A stretch of 63,996 nucleotides of DNA, filler included, from a bacterium (GCA_040757115.1; 6 parts of 6 records of this genome joined end to end with filler, not necessarily neighbours in it); one strand, 5' to 3'. Shown: positions 20,215-30,354, numbered from the whole stretch's first letter. Notes: a model not told the origin generated them from the letters alone. Translations and numbers: made by a program.

Positions 20215-20388
20215 TTTGTATGAAATATTTGACAAATTTTGATTTTACTTACCATAATGAGGACGAATCCAGATTTTCTAATTATTATTGAAAAACAATC
20301 AATGGCATGCCAAAAAGTAAATGGGGAAATAGAGATAGATTCATAAGTCTATAAGTTATATGAAATGGTAGGTTAAGGGAAGAAGTAC

Positions 20389-21690
20389 ATGGTGGAAACA
20401 GATATAACCAGAAAAGAGATTTTAGGCTTAAATATGCAACCAGAGCCAACTTCAGAGATTAAGTCGATATCGAATTTACCTAAAATAACTTCAGTTATAT
20501 TGACGAAAGAATTTGAATTACTACCTAATACCTCAGAGGTTTTTGAATTAGAATTTGCCTTCTATGAACATAGATTCCTGACTAAAGATGAAATCATTCA
20601 TAGAGGGGCATTTTTCAAAAGTGTTGATGGAATACCTACTTATCATTATATAATTTGTTCAAATAATAGCCCTCTGGTATGGGAAGGAAGATCGGAGATA
20701 ACCAGGTCATACTTCAAAGAGGGTAGCTTTTCTACAGGTTATGCCACACACGGACTTTTTCCATACAGAGGTAAATTCCATCCACAACTTATTAAAGGTA
20801 TACTGAATATTTTAAAGGTTCAACAAGAAGATGTTGTCCTTGACCCTATGTGTGGAAGTGGAACATTAAATGTTGAGGCAAGTATTATTGGGATTGATTC
20901 TATTGGTATTGAGAAAAGTCCATTTTGTGTATTGATGAGTAAAGTAAAGCAGGAAGCATTAAAAATTGAAAATGCCCAATTATCATCAATACTTAGGGAT
21001 ATGCACAAAAATTATAAAATTCTAATAAGTAGTAAGAAATTGCCAGAGGATTTTTCTTATCATAATGGGTTCAACCCAGAAAAGGCAGTAACCCTACTTG
21101 CTTTCTTAGATGCTATGGGATATGCGAGGAGATGCTCAAAAAGTATAGATGTTCTTTTCCCCTCAGTCCTTAAGAGATATGTAGGGCAAATTGGTTCGTT
21201 TGTTCATGCAAGAGATAAACTTAAGCTTAAGATTGGTAAGGCAAGATTTGAACCTGGTGATGCAAAACATCTTCCTTTAGAAGATAATTCAATAGATGGT
21301 ATTATTACCTCTCCTCCTTATTCCTTTGCCATTGACTATGCAGAAAATGACCGACCACAATTAGAGTATTTGGGATATGATGTATCTAAACTTAAGGATG
21401 AGATGATCGGGCTTGTTGGGAAAACCAGAAAAGAAAAACTGGCTAATTACTTTGAGGATATGAATAAGGTTTTGTCCGAGATGTCCCGGATTTTGAAAAT
21501 CGGCAAATATGCGGTAATCATAATAGGCTCAAACGATGTTCAAACAGGCGGAATAAGGTTGGAGACTAAAGTTGAAGAAATGGCATTAAAACATGGATTT
21601 GTCCTTGACCAGAAAATGGTAAAGCCAATTAAAGGAATACAGAATACAATGAGGGATGAGTATATGTTGTTTTTAAGGAGGGTGAAATGA
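20389..21690 (+). CDS. Amino-DNA methyltransferase (SPPY, probable N4-C)
   Basis: 'THGLFPYRGKFHPQL', motif I 'LDPMCGSGT' before motif IV 'TSPPY'. Confidence 0.85.
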   Translation: MVETDITRKEILGLNMQPEPTSEIKSISNLPKITSVILTKEFELLPNTSEVFELEFAFYEHRFLTKDEIIHRGAFFKSVDGIPTYHYIICSNNSPLVWEGRSEITRSYFKEGSFSTGYATHGLFPYRGKFHPQLIKGILNILKVQQEDVVLDPMCGSGTLNVEASIIGIDSIGIEKSPFCVLMSKVKQEALKIENAQLSSILRDMHKNYKILISSKKLPEDFSYHNGFNPEKAVTLLAFLDAMGYARRCSKSIDVLFPSVLKRYVGQIGSFVHARDKLKLKIGKARFEPGDAKHLPLEDNSIDGIITSPPYSFAIDYAENDRPQLEYLGYDVSKLKDEMIGLVGKTRKEKLANYFEDMNKVLSEMSRILKIGKYAVIIIGSNDVQTGGIRLETKVEEMALKHGFVLDQKMVKPIKGIQNTMRDEYMLFLRRVK

Positions 21691-22661
21691 TGATATACTA
21701 TCCACCATTAGATGAGAAGTTCAACACTGTAATCTCAAAGAACACCTTCTATTTTTATAACGAAGGGTTTGAAGAATACTATGAGGGGTATATTTCATCT
21801 ATTGCTCAGAATATTTTTCTGCTTAAGAACAGGATAGAAAGGGAAGGGCTAAAAGAGTCTGTTTTGCTTACACACATTACAGAGGTTGAAGATGGATTAG
21901 ATGCAATTTTAACTGTAACTGGTTTCTCAAAAGAGAGTTTGCAAAGATTAGTCACATTCATAAGAGCTACAAATGACAAAACTTTATCCGACCTCGTCAA
22001 TAAAGATTCTTGGCCAATTGAGGATTTTAAAACTGAATGGGGTCTGGATAAAATAAAAACTATTATTAAAACAAACAAGAAGTTTGCTGAAGGCATTGTA
22101 AATCTGTTCTTTAGAGGGCCTACGGTTCCTGTGATAAAGAATGTTCTCCCACTTTTTGAATTTAAGAAGATTAATATTAATAAATTCAGTTTTTCTATAG
22201 AATCTCTGGTAGATACAATAATACGATACAAGACAAAGGGTTCGTATAAAGCCGCCAGAGAAGGAAATCCTGAGGTTGTAATCGAGCAAATTTTAACCTC
22301 CCATAAACTGACCTTTGAGAAAGGGAAATTCAGAATTCCAGAAGCAGGTAATATTCCAAGAACGATGGACTTCATTATTCCCAACAAGACATCGCCAAAA
22401 ATAATAATTGAGTGTTCGTATTCGGTAACTACTGCCTCAGGAATGGGAGACAAAGCAAAAACAGAAAAGACCGTGGCTGATTATCTGAAAAAAAATTATC
22501 CAGATGTAGTATTCGTTGGTTTTGTAGATGGAATTGGCTGGTATGTGAGAAGGGGTGACTTGAAACGGATGGTTGAGGCGTATGATTTTGTTTTTACATT
22601 TAGCAGGGATGAACTGGAGAGATTTAAAAATTTGTTAGCGGAGTTCTTTTATGGAAGATAA
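21687..22661 (+). CDS. Type II restriction endonuclease (DpnII-like PD-(D/E)xK)
   Basis: Lies between two MTases; 'MDFIIP...IIIECSY...S...DKAK...FVGFVDG.GW' resembles the DpnII family. Confidence 0.7.
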   Translation: MMIYYPPLDEKFNTVISKNTFYFYNEGFEEYYEGYISSIAQNIFLLKNRIEREGLKESVLLTHITEVEDGLDAILTVTGFSKESLQRLVTFIRATNDKTLSDLVNKDSWPIEDFKTEWGLDKIKTIIKTNKKFAEGIVNLFFRGPTVPVIKNVLPLFEFKKININKFSFSIESLVDTIIRYKTKGSYKAAREGNPEVVIEQILTSHKLTFEKGKFRIPEAGNIPRTMDFIIPNKTSPKIIIECSYSVTTASGMGDKAKTEKTVADYLKKNYPDVVFVGFVDGIGWYVRRGDLKRMVEAYDFVFTFSRDELERFKNLLAEFFYGR

Positions 22662-23625
22662 GGAATTTTTTGATAGATTGATAAATAAAGTTGTTCAAGG
22701 TGATTGCTTAGAGGTTATGGGAAGGATTCCTGACAAGAGCGTTGATGTTACTTTTGCCGACCCTCCATTCAATCTAAAAAAGAAATATAACAGTTACTAT
22801 GATAAATATGAGGTTGAAGAATACCTCTCCTGGTGTAAAAAGTGGCTCAACGAAATGGTTCGCATTACCAAACCAACGGGTTCTATTTTTGTTCATAATA
22901 TCCCAAAATGGCTAATCTATTTTGGTTCTTATTTGAATGAAATTGCTATATTTCGCCATTGGATCGCCTGGGATGCGATGGGAGCTCCCCTTGGTAAGAC
23001 GCTTTTGCCCAATCACTATGGGATTTTATACTATGTAAAGTCAGACAAATTTAAGTTTTATGATATTAGAATGCTGCATAAACGCTGTAGGAAATGCTAC
23101 TATATCTTACAAGATTACGGTGGTAAAAAAAGCCAGATGCACCAATTTGGACCTCTTGTTTCTGATGTTTGGACAGATATACACAGAATAAGACACAAGA
23201 AAAGGAGGGACGAACATCCGTGTCAATTACCCGTCCATCTGCTTGAAAGATTATTGCTTTTGAGCAGTGACGAAGGAGATATTATTTTAGATCCGTTTGT
23301 AGGAACTGGAACAACCACAATTGCGGCAAAAAGATTAGGAAGAAAATTTATTGGGATTGATATTGACCCAAAGTATGTTGAAATTACAAATAAAAAATTA
23401 GAAGAAACCGAACCAATAGTAATTAATGGATGTTATGTAAGTAATTTTCTTGGCAATGTAATAACTATCAGGAATAAAGATTGGAATAAGATTAAAGATG
23501 CATTTGTTATCCCAACCAATCCGTTAGAATTAGAAAAAAGGAGAATCTGTTTGTTATACAAGAAAGAAAGAGCCATAAGATATAAGGTAGTTGGAGGAAT
23601 ACAGGACGATTTATTTTCAATATGA
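22651..23625 (+). CDS. Beta-class N4/N6 DNA methyltransferase
   Basis: 'FADPPF' early; 'HPCQLP' and 'ILDPFVGTGTT' late. Confidence 0.9.
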   Translation: MEDKEFFDRLINKVVQGDCLEVMGRIPDKSVDVTFADPPFNLKKKYNSYYDKYEVEEYLSWCKKWLNEMVRITKPTGSIFVHNIPKWLIYFGSYLNEIAIFRHWIAWDAMGAPLGKTLLPNHYGILYYVKSDKFKFYDIRMLHKRCRKCYYILQDYGGKKSQMHQFGPLVSDVWTDIHRIRHKKRRDEHPCQLPVHLLERLLLLSSDEGDIILDPFVGTGTTTIAAKRLGRKFIGIDIDPKYVEITNKKLEETEPIVINGCYVSNFLGNVITIRNKDWNKIKDAFVIPTNPLELEKRRICLLYKKERAIRYKVVGGIQDDLFSI

Positions 23626-23741
23626 AGGAATCCATTAGGTGGAAATTCTGCGAATGTCGAATTGTAAATTAAAAGATTGGAAAGTGTTCAGGTAGTGTAA
23701 GCGAGGAAAAAGGGAAATGGGTAAATGAGGGAGTAATTTGT

Positions 23742-24353
23742 ATGAAAAAATCCACAATCCGTAATCCGCAATCTACAATCCATATTGGAATAATGGGAGG
23801 AACTTTCAACCCGATTCATTATGGCCATTTATTAGCCGCAGAGGAAGCAAGACAAAGATTTAATCTTAAAGAATTTATCTTTGTGCCCTGTGCCAGACCA
23901 CCTCATAAAAATCAAAAGGATATTGCTGGGCCAGAAGATAGATATAAAATGACCTGTCTGGCGATTGAATCGAATAAGTATTTTAAAGCATCTGATATTG
24001 AGCTCAAACGGGGCGGAATATCTTATTCACAGGATACAATCATCGAATTTAAAAAAATCTATGAGCGTGCACAAATCTATTTTGTTACTGGTGCGGATGC
24101 TATTGCAGAAATTGATACCTGGAAAAATGCAAAGGATTTGCCAAAATTATGTCAATTTATCGCTGTTACTCGACCAGGCTATCTTTTTAAAATAAAAGAA
24201 GAATACCTTAAATGGACGCATATTTTGGAAATACCCGGCGTCTCTATTTCTTCGACTGAGATTAGACAAAGAATACACGAGGGAAAATCAATTAAATATT
24301 TAGTCCCGGAAGAGGTAGAAAACTATATCTATGAGCATAAATTATACCAATGA
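23742..24353 (+). CDS. nadD: Nicotinate-nucleotide adenylyltransferase
   Basis: 'GGTFNPIHYGHL', 'GADA' and 'ISSTEIR' motifs. Confidence 0.95.
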   Translation: MKKSTIRNPQSTIHIGIMGGTFNPIHYGHLLAAEEARQRFNLKEFIFVPCARPPHKNQKDIAGPEDRYKMTCLAIESNKYFKASDIELKRGGISYSQDTIIEFKKIYERAQIYFVTGADAIAEIDTWKNAKDLPKLCQFIAVTRPGYLFKIKEEYLKWTHILEIPGVSISSTEIRQRIHEGKSIKYLVPEEVENYIYEHKLYQ

Positions 24354-24401
24354 TTAACACAGATTTAGCACGGATAAAATGGAGGAAAAAGTAAAAAATA
24401 A

Positions 24402-24538
24402 TAGGTGGTAATTTACCGCAGAGACACAGAGGAACTGAGAAGACATAGTAAGCGTCTCGTCCATAGATTTTCCCTTCTTGAGAGGGGTTAGGGGTGTGTT
24501 TTTCTCTGTGTCTCTGTGTCTGTGCGGTGAATAGTTAC
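24402..24538. mobile_element. Degenerate IS66-type MITE (GxxExxY-arm type)
   Basis: ACCGCAGAGACACAGAG arm, CTCTGTGTCTGTGCGG arm and TGAATAGTTAC right end; left end eroded. Confidence 0.65.
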
Positions 24539-24562
24539 CTTTGTTATTGGAGGTGTAAAAGA

Positions 24563-25432
24563 ATGATATTGAAACTTGGGTTGCCAAAGGGTAGTTTGCA
24601 AGAATCAACAATTGAATTATTTCAAAAGGCAGGATATATGATTGCGGTTGATAAACGCTCATATTTCCCCAGAATTGATGATGAAGAGATAGAGGTGATG
24701 TTAGTTCGGGCACAGGAGATGTCGCGGTATGTAGAAGAAGGGGTATTTGATGTTGGTTTGACTGGATTTGATTGGATTAAAGAAAATAAGTCAGATGTCA
24801 TTGAGGTGGCAAGTTTAGAATATGCCAAACAGGGATTTCGATTTGTAAAATGGGTATTAGCCGTGCCAAATGATTCATCCATTAAAAGCATCAATGACTT
24901 GCAAGGCAAACATATTGCCACAGAGTTAGTAAATGTAACAAAAACATATCTTAAGGAAAGAGGTATCCAGACAAATGTTGAATTTTCATGGGGAGCAACT
25001 GAGGTAAAAGCACCCAGACTTGTGGATGCCATTGTCGAATTAACCGAAACCGGTTCCTCTCTTCGAGCAAATAATCTACGCATTGTCGAAACTATACTTG
25101 AGTCCACAACAAGATTAATTGCCAATAAAGACGCCTGGCAGGATGCTCAAAAACGCAAGAAGATAGAAAATATTGCCCTGTTACTTCAGGGGGCACTTGC
25201 CGCCGCACAAAAAGTAGGACTAAAAATGAATGTCTATAAGGAACACTTACCACAGGTGCTTGCTATCCTACCTGCTTTAAAAACACCAACTATCTCAAAA
25301 TTAAGTGATGAAAATTGGTGTGATGTGGATACTATTGTTGATGAAAAAGTTGCCCGAGAAATAATCCCGGAACTTAAAAGAGCAGGTGCACAAGGAATTG
25401 TCGAATACCCATTGAATAAGGTGATTTATTAA
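24563..25432 (+). CDS. hisG: ATP phosphoribosyltransferase (long form)
   Basis: 'LGLPKGSL', 'SWGATE' and '[16 protein letters not shown]' motifs; start corrected to MILKLG after SD GGAGG. Confidence 0.95.
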   Translation: MILKLGLPKGSLQESTIELFQKAGYMIAVDKRSYFPRIDDEEIEVMLVRAQEMSRYVEEGVFDVGLTGFDWIKENKSDVIEVASLEYAKQGFRFVKWVLAVPNDSSIKSINDLQGKHIATELVNVTKTYLKERGIQTNVEFSWGATEVKAPRLVDAIVELTETGSSLRANNLRIVETILESTTRLIANKDAWQDAQKRKKIENIALLLQGALAAAQKVGLKMNVYKEHLPQVLAILPALKTPTISKLSDENWCDVDTIVDEKVAREIIPELKRAGAQGIVEYPLNKVIY

Positions 25433-25516
25433 AAAAATTGTTGACTAATTTTTAATTTAATGGTAAAATAATTCGTAATTTAGTTACCATTTACTAAAAT
25501 ATGGCTTCACGAAATT

Positions 25517-26000
25517 GTAACTGTTCACCGCAGAGACACAGAGACGCAGAGAAAAAATTAAAATCTATTCACCAGAGACAGAAATTTCCTTTTTTTTGTG
25601 CATTTTGGGTCTTTCGTTGTTTATTAATCTTTTAATACTTACTTTTGACTAACTGTTTTTAAGCCTTTTTAAACACCGAAAAACACGAAAAAAAGTAACC
25701 GTTCAGGCTATATATCAAAAGTGTAAGAAAGGGGATAAGGAGATAAGAGTGATATGGAGATAAGATAATAGAATATAGATTGAAATTTATAGAAATAGGT
25801 AGAAATTGATTGTGGAAAACAACAAATTTCCATAAATTTCTATTAGTTTCTATTAATTTCAATTTTTTTATAATATCTCCCTATCTCCTTAATCTCCACA
25901 TCTCCTTTTGTTACACCACCTGAACGCTTACGGAAAAAAAGATATTTTCCTCTCTGCGAACTCTTGCGTCTCTGCGGTAAAGGATTACCTGAACGGTTAC
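25517..26000. mobile_element. Nested IS66-type MITEs
   Basis: Outer element GTAACTGTTCACC...TGAACGGTTAC; inner ~237-bp copy at 25695-25931 (GTAACCGTTCAGGC...CCTGAACGCTTAC). Confidence 0.85.
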
Positions 26001-26073
26001 ATAAAGAGATTAACCTCGTAGAGATGTTCTGTTGGTAGAGAGAGGTTTTACGAAATTCAAAATATGATTGTCA

Positions 26074-26196
26074 GGCAAAAACTTCAGAGGGGAAGAAAAA
26101 CCACAAAGGCACAAAGTTTTTACAATACATTGATGATGTTGGAATTAATTTCAATCTTTTTTTCGTGTCTTTGTGGTGAGAATTTGAGTTTTTGCC
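26074..26196. repeat. Small inverted-repeat element
   Basis: GGCAAAAACTTCA / TGAGTTTTTGCC ends with inner CCACAAAGGCACAAA / TTCGTGTCTTTGTGG arms. Confidence 0.5.
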
Positions 26197-26214
26197 ACCT
26201 AAAGGAGTATTTGG

Positions 26215-27153
26215 ATGCGTTTTTTAGATGTTAAAACAGATTATGCCTTCAAAAAGGTTTTTGGCTCTCAAGGGAGTAAGGATATCCTTATTAGCTTTCT
26301 TAACTCGGTGATTGATTTTAAAGAGACTGAAAAAATCGTTGATTTAGTAATCGTTGACCCCTACCAAATACCATTAATCAAGGGGATGAAGGATACCTAT
26401 GTCGATGTTAAAGCCAAACTCTCAAACCAGAAGAATGTCATTATCGAGATGCAGGTTTTGAATGTAGAAGGGTTTGAGAAAAGGATTTTATATAATGCGG
26501 CTAAGACATATTCAGCTCAGCTAAAAGAGACAGAATCATTTACCAGCCTTGAACCTATTATTGCTCTAACCATTACGGACTTTATCATGTTCGAGGATGT
26601 AGATAAGGTTATCACCTATTTCAATCTCATTGAAAAGGAGACTTTAATCAAATACCATGATGAAATCGAACTTGTTTTTATCGAATTGCCCAAATTCAAG
26701 AAGAATGAGGATGAGCTGGATTCAATCAAAGACAAATGGATATATTTTATAAAGAATGCAGGCAGACTTGAATATACTCCAGAGAGCTTAGTTAAAGAGA
26801 TAGAAATAAAGGAGGCATTTGAAATAGCCAATACAGCGGGGATGAGTGAAAAGGAGTTAGAAATTCAATATAAGCGGCACGATTTTATCCGAATGCAAAG
26901 AGGTGCGATAGAGTTTGCCTTAAAACAAGGGTTAAAACAAGGAATAGAAAAAGGAATACAAAAAGGGTTAAAACAAGGAATACAAAAAGGATTAAAACAA
27001 GGAATACAACAAGGCAAAATAGAAGTAGCGAAAACTCTTTTGAAATCAGGCGAGAAAGTTGAAAAAATATCACAGGTAACGGGATTAACAATAGAGGAAA
27101 TTAGTAACTGTTCACCGCAGAGGCGCAGAGGAAGAGAGAAAACATGGAAATAA
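26215..27153 (+). CDS. Rpn-family recombination-promoting nuclease (PD-(D/E)xK_2)
   Basis: 'DYAFKKVFG', 'IIEMQ' and 'ELPKF' motifs; C-terminal G(I/L)xx tetrapeptide repeats; the last residues read into a MITE. Confidence 0.9.
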   Translation: MRFLDVKTDYAFKKVFGSQGSKDILISFLNSVIDFKETEKIVDLVIVDPYQIPLIKGMKDTYVDVKAKLSNQKNVIIEMQVLNVEGFEKRILYNAAKTYSAQLKETESFTSLEPIIALTITDFIMFEDVDKVITYFNLIEKETLIKYHDEIELVFIELPKFKKNEDELDSIKDKWIYFIKNAGRLEYTPESLVKEIEIKEAFEIANTAGMSEKELEIQYKRHDFIRMQRGAIEFALKQGLKQGIEKGIQKGLKQGIQKGLKQGIQQGKIEVAKTLLKSGEKVEKISQVTGLTIEEISNCSPQRRRGREKTWK

Positions 27154-27366
27154 ATCAGATAACAGAAAAAATTATTGGGGCAGCAATTGAAATACATAAG
27201 ACATTAGATTCATGTCTATTAGAATCTGCATAGGAAGAATGAGGAATAAAAGGATAGGTTTATTGATCAATTTTAATGTTTCTGTTCTAAGAGATGGAAT
27301 TAAGCGTATAGCCAATAGATTTTAATTTTTTCTCTGTGTCTCCGCGTCTCTGCGGTGAATAGTTAC
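27104..27366. mobile_element. IS66-type MITE with an internally deleted GxxExxY gene (27144-27325)
   Basis: Ends GTAACTGTTCACC / GGTGAATAGTTAC; 'MEINQITEKIIGAAIEIHKTL..LLESA*EE' joined to 'IGLLINFNVSVLRDGIKRIANRF*'. Confidence 0.85.
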
Positions 27367-27582
27367 GTTTTTTAAAATTAAGGAGTTATGTAACAGGAGG
27401 GCAATAAGAAAAGAAGTGTGTTTGTAAGTTTATTTAAATCAATGAGTTATGAATTTCGTGAAAGGCTATTTACTAAAATAGGGCTTCACGAAATTATAAA
27501 CTAAGTAATCGGTTAAATGGTGATTGGTAACTAATTACCATTCACCAGTTACCAGTTACCAAATTTAAGGAGGTAGAATGAA

Positions 27583-28014
27583 ATGAAGAAAATTTTTTCA
27601 ATTGAGCCAGTGGAAGGTAAAAAAAATACGGTCGAGATAACCTTCTTGAAAGATTTCACGCTAAAAGTGGATAAAAAAGATACCTTATTTGTCAAATTTC
27701 TGATGATGATGCTCCATTATAGCGGTGGGGCAGCATCTTATTTTGCGCCACTGTTAGGTTTTACTGAATCTGCATTTCGAGACATAAAAAAGAAATTTGA
27801 AACAGAGGATGTAAACTCTATCTTCTATCCCGAAATAGAAAAAGGGAAAGTTAAGGAGTTACCTGAACCAGAGATAGGCAAAATTATTGCTTTAATTGTT
27901 CAGAATCCCAGAGATACAAATAAAAAAATAGCAGATAAGTTTAATGCAGTTTCCTCAAAAACTAAGATAAGTTTAAAAGATGTAGAAAAGATTCGGGAAA
28001 AGTTTGAATTATAA
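27583..28014 (+). CDS. Hypothetical protein with HTH-like segments
   Basis: Strong SD AAGGAGG; helical motifs 'LLGFTESAFRDIKKKF' and 'TNKKIADKF'. Confidence 0.6.
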   Translation: MKKIFSIEPVEGKKNTVEITFLKDFTLKVDKKDTLFVKFLMMMLHYSGGAASYFAPLLGFTESAFRDIKKKFETEDVNSIFYPEIEKGKVKELPEPEIGKIIALIVQNPRDTNKKIADKFNAVSSKTKISLKDVEKIREKFEL

Positions 28015-28021
28015 AAACATT

Positions 28022-28405
28022 ATGAAGTCAAAACGACCCAGAATACTTCTTGTTGATGATTCAAAATTTATGAGGATAATCCTCCGTAAGTTATTAACAC
28101 ACGAAGGATATGAAATAGTAGGAGAGGCTTATGATGGAGCATTTGCTATCCAGAAATATCGTGAGTTAAAACCTGATGTGGTATTAATGGATATAATTTT
28201 GCCAGACCCCACAATGAATGGCATTGAAACGATTAAATGGATAATCAAGATTGACCCATCTGCCTTAATAATTATAGTCAGTGCGATGGAGAATCAGATG
28301 TTGATTAACGAGGCATTGGCGGCTGGAGCAAAAAATTTCTGTATTAAACCCTTTGAACATAATAATCTTATAAAAATAATAAGTGATGTCATTAAAGAAA
28401 GATGA
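28022..28405 (+). CDS. CheY-like single-domain response regulator
   Basis: 'ILLVDDS.FMR', 'PDVVLMDI', 'VSA' and 'KPF' motifs all intact. Confidence 0.9.
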   Translation: MKSKRPRILLVDDSKFMRIILRKLLTHEGYEIVGEAYDGAFAIQKYRELKPDVVLMDIILPDPTMNGIETIKWIIKIDPSALIIIVSAMENQMLINEALAAGAKNFCIKPFEHNNLIKIISDVIKER

Positions 28406-28758
28406 TGGAAAAGGTTCTTATTATTGATGATTCAGCATGGCGTCGAGGACAAATCCGTGATTTGTTCCTTAATAATAAATTAGCCGAGTGTTGGGAAAGT
28501 AGAGAAGGAATTGAGGCTGTAGAAAAATATCGGATGCTCAAACCATATTTAGTTATTGTTAGAATTTTGGATATGCTCGGGGTGGAAATAGTAAAAAGGA
28601 TTAGAGCAATAAATCCAGATGCGAGAATTTTAATTTTAAGTGATAGTGGAAATGAATCGTATGTAGGTGAAGCAATGCGAGCCGGCGCTTTAGAATATCT
28701 TATAGAACCTGTTACTCCTGAAAATCTCTTAGCCTCAGCAATCAAAATGATTAAATAA
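28402..28758 (+). CDS. Atypical (pseudo-)receiver domain protein
   Basis: Receiver fold, but the phospho-acceptor Asp region reads LVIVRI and KP is replaced by EP. Confidence 0.75.
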   Translation: MMEKVLIIDDSAWRRGQIRDLFLNNKLAECWESREGIEAVEKYRMLKPYLVIVRILDMLGVEIVKRIRAINPDARILILSDSGNESYVGEAMRAGALEYLIEPVTPENLLASAIKMIK

Positions 28759-28824
28759 AAGGAAACAAGTTACTACCAGTCAACTTATTTCCGGTCAACT
28801 TTCCTAAAAAGGCTAATTAGAACA

Positions 28825-29478
28825 ATGCAATTAACAAATTTTCAATTAGATGCATTACGGGAAATTGGAAATATTGGGAATGGGCATGTCAGCACTTGTT
28901 TATCTCAACTCGCAAATGAGAAAATTATCCCCATTATTCCCGAAATAAAATTAGTTCCAGCAAACAAATTTAATGAATTGATTGAAGATTCAGAAGGTTT
29001 AACTATTGGAATAAGTAGCGGGTTACTCGGAGAGGTAATGGGAAAAGTGGTGATGATTTTCCCTTACGAAAATGGACTTTCTATGTTAAATGAAACGATA
29101 AAAGAGCGAGACCCTTCTCTTACGACTATCTCGGAATCTGATGAATCCTATCTTAAAAAAATCGGTCAACTGATTATTTCTACTTATACCCATGCTTTAT
29201 CTAACTTTTTAGATATTTTACTTGTTTCTTATACCGCAAATATTGTTATTTATAAAGGAGAAGATTTTCTAAACTGGTTAACTCAAGAATTAGAAATTTC
29301 CCTAAAACAACAAACCCCTTTGCCATATTCTGAAATAGATTCTGTTTTGTGTTATCAATCTACCTTTAATAAATCCCCATTTTTAAGATTTTGGGGAAGT
29401 TTTTTCTTACTCTTTGATGGACAGACGATGAAAGTAATCGTGAAGGCAATTGATAAATTAATTTTGAAAATAAAATAG
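28825..29478 (+). CDS. cheC: CheC-family phosphatase
   Basis: 'QLDALREIGNIG.GH...LSQL' N-terminus; the second E-x2-N site is degenerate. Confidence 0.8.
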   Translation: MQLTNFQLDALREIGNIGNGHVSTCLSQLANEKIIPIIPEIKLVPANKFNELIEDSEGLTIGISSGLLGEVMGKVVMIFPYENGLSMLNETIKERDPSLTTISESDESYLKKIGQLIISTYTHALSNFLDILLVSYTANIVIYKGEDFLNWLTQELEISLKQQTPLPYSEIDSVLCYQSTFNKSPFLRFWGSFFLLFDGQTMKVIVKAIDKLILKIK

Positions 29479-29482
29479 TAAA

Positions 29483-30268
29483 ATGCCAATTATTACTTTA
29501 ATCACAGATTTTGGGCTAAAAGATAATTATGTCGGGATAATAAAAGGAGTAATCCATTCAATCAATCCTGAGGTAAAAATAATTGATATTACTCATCTTA
29601 TAAATTCTTATAGTCTGGTGGAAGCAGGCTATATTCTCAAATCTTCTTTCAATTATTTCCCGAAAGGAACAATTCATATTATTATTGTTGACCCTGAGGT
29701 TGGTAGCCAGCGTAAAATTATTTTACTAAAATCAAAAGATTACTATTTTTTGGCTCCAGATAATGGAATTTTAAGTTTTATCTTGGATAGATTTAAAGAG
29801 ATAAAAATTGTTGAACTGACCAATAAAAAGTATTTCCTGCAGGAAGTTAGTCAAACCTTCCATGGAAGAGATATTTTTGCTCCGGTAGCCGCTTATTTAA
29901 GTTTGGGTAAAAACATTGAAGAATTTGGTCCTGAACTAAATAAAATAAAAACACTTGCTCCTGAATTTAAACCTGAATTTAATAAAGATAAAATAGTTGG
30001 TCAGATAATCTATATCGACCATTTTGGAAATCTAATTACGAATATTGTCAAAGAAGAATTTACTTTTGATGATTCTAAAGTGTTAATTGAAATAGCAGGG
30101 CAGGAAATAAAAGGTATTAACAAAACATATAGTCAGTTAAAACCAGGAGAACTCTTAGCCTTATGGGGCAGTAGTAATCACCTGGAGGTCGCCGCAAATC
30201 AAGCTAATGCTCAACAATTACTTAAAATTGAAAAGGGAAAAACAGCAGTCATAATTCGTTATTTGTAA
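29483..30268 (+). CDS. SAM hydroxide adenosyltransferase / chlorinase-fluorinase family (DUF62)
   Basis: 'ITLITDFG..D.YVG', 'APDNG', 'TFHGRDIFAP' and 'IDHFGN' motifs; the stop TAA is supplied by the MITE end. Confidence 0.9.
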   Translation: MPIITLITDFGLKDNYVGIIKGVIHSINPEVKIIDITHLINSYSLVEAGYILKSSFNYFPKGTIHIIIVDPEVGSQRKIILLKSKDYYFLAPDNGILSFILDRFKEIKIVELTNKKYFLQEVSQTFHGRDIFAPVAAYLSLGKNIEEFGPELNKIKTLAPEFKPEFNKDKIVGQIIYIDHFGNLITNIVKEEFTFDDSKVLIEIAGQEIKGINKTYSQLKPGELLALWGSSNHLEVAANQANAQQLLKIEKGKTAVIIRYL

Positions 30269-30339
30269 CCGTTCAGGTAGTCCTTTACCGCAGAGATGCA
30301 GAGGAACAGAGTCTCTGTGTCTGTGCGGTGAACAGTTAC
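30265..30339. mobile_element. Minimal IS66-type MITE (75 bp)
   Basis: GTAACCGTTCAGG...GTGAACAGTTAC, consisting of arms only. Confidence 0.75.
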
Positions 30340-30354
30340 CAAAAATTGATTAGC

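Noticed and set aside
25659-25862. Recurrent small ORFs 'MEICCFPQS/MKLIETNRN' and 'MEEIPFGHQ' (also 31832, 45431, 9288, 63617)
   Set aside because: Spurious translations of MITE sequence.
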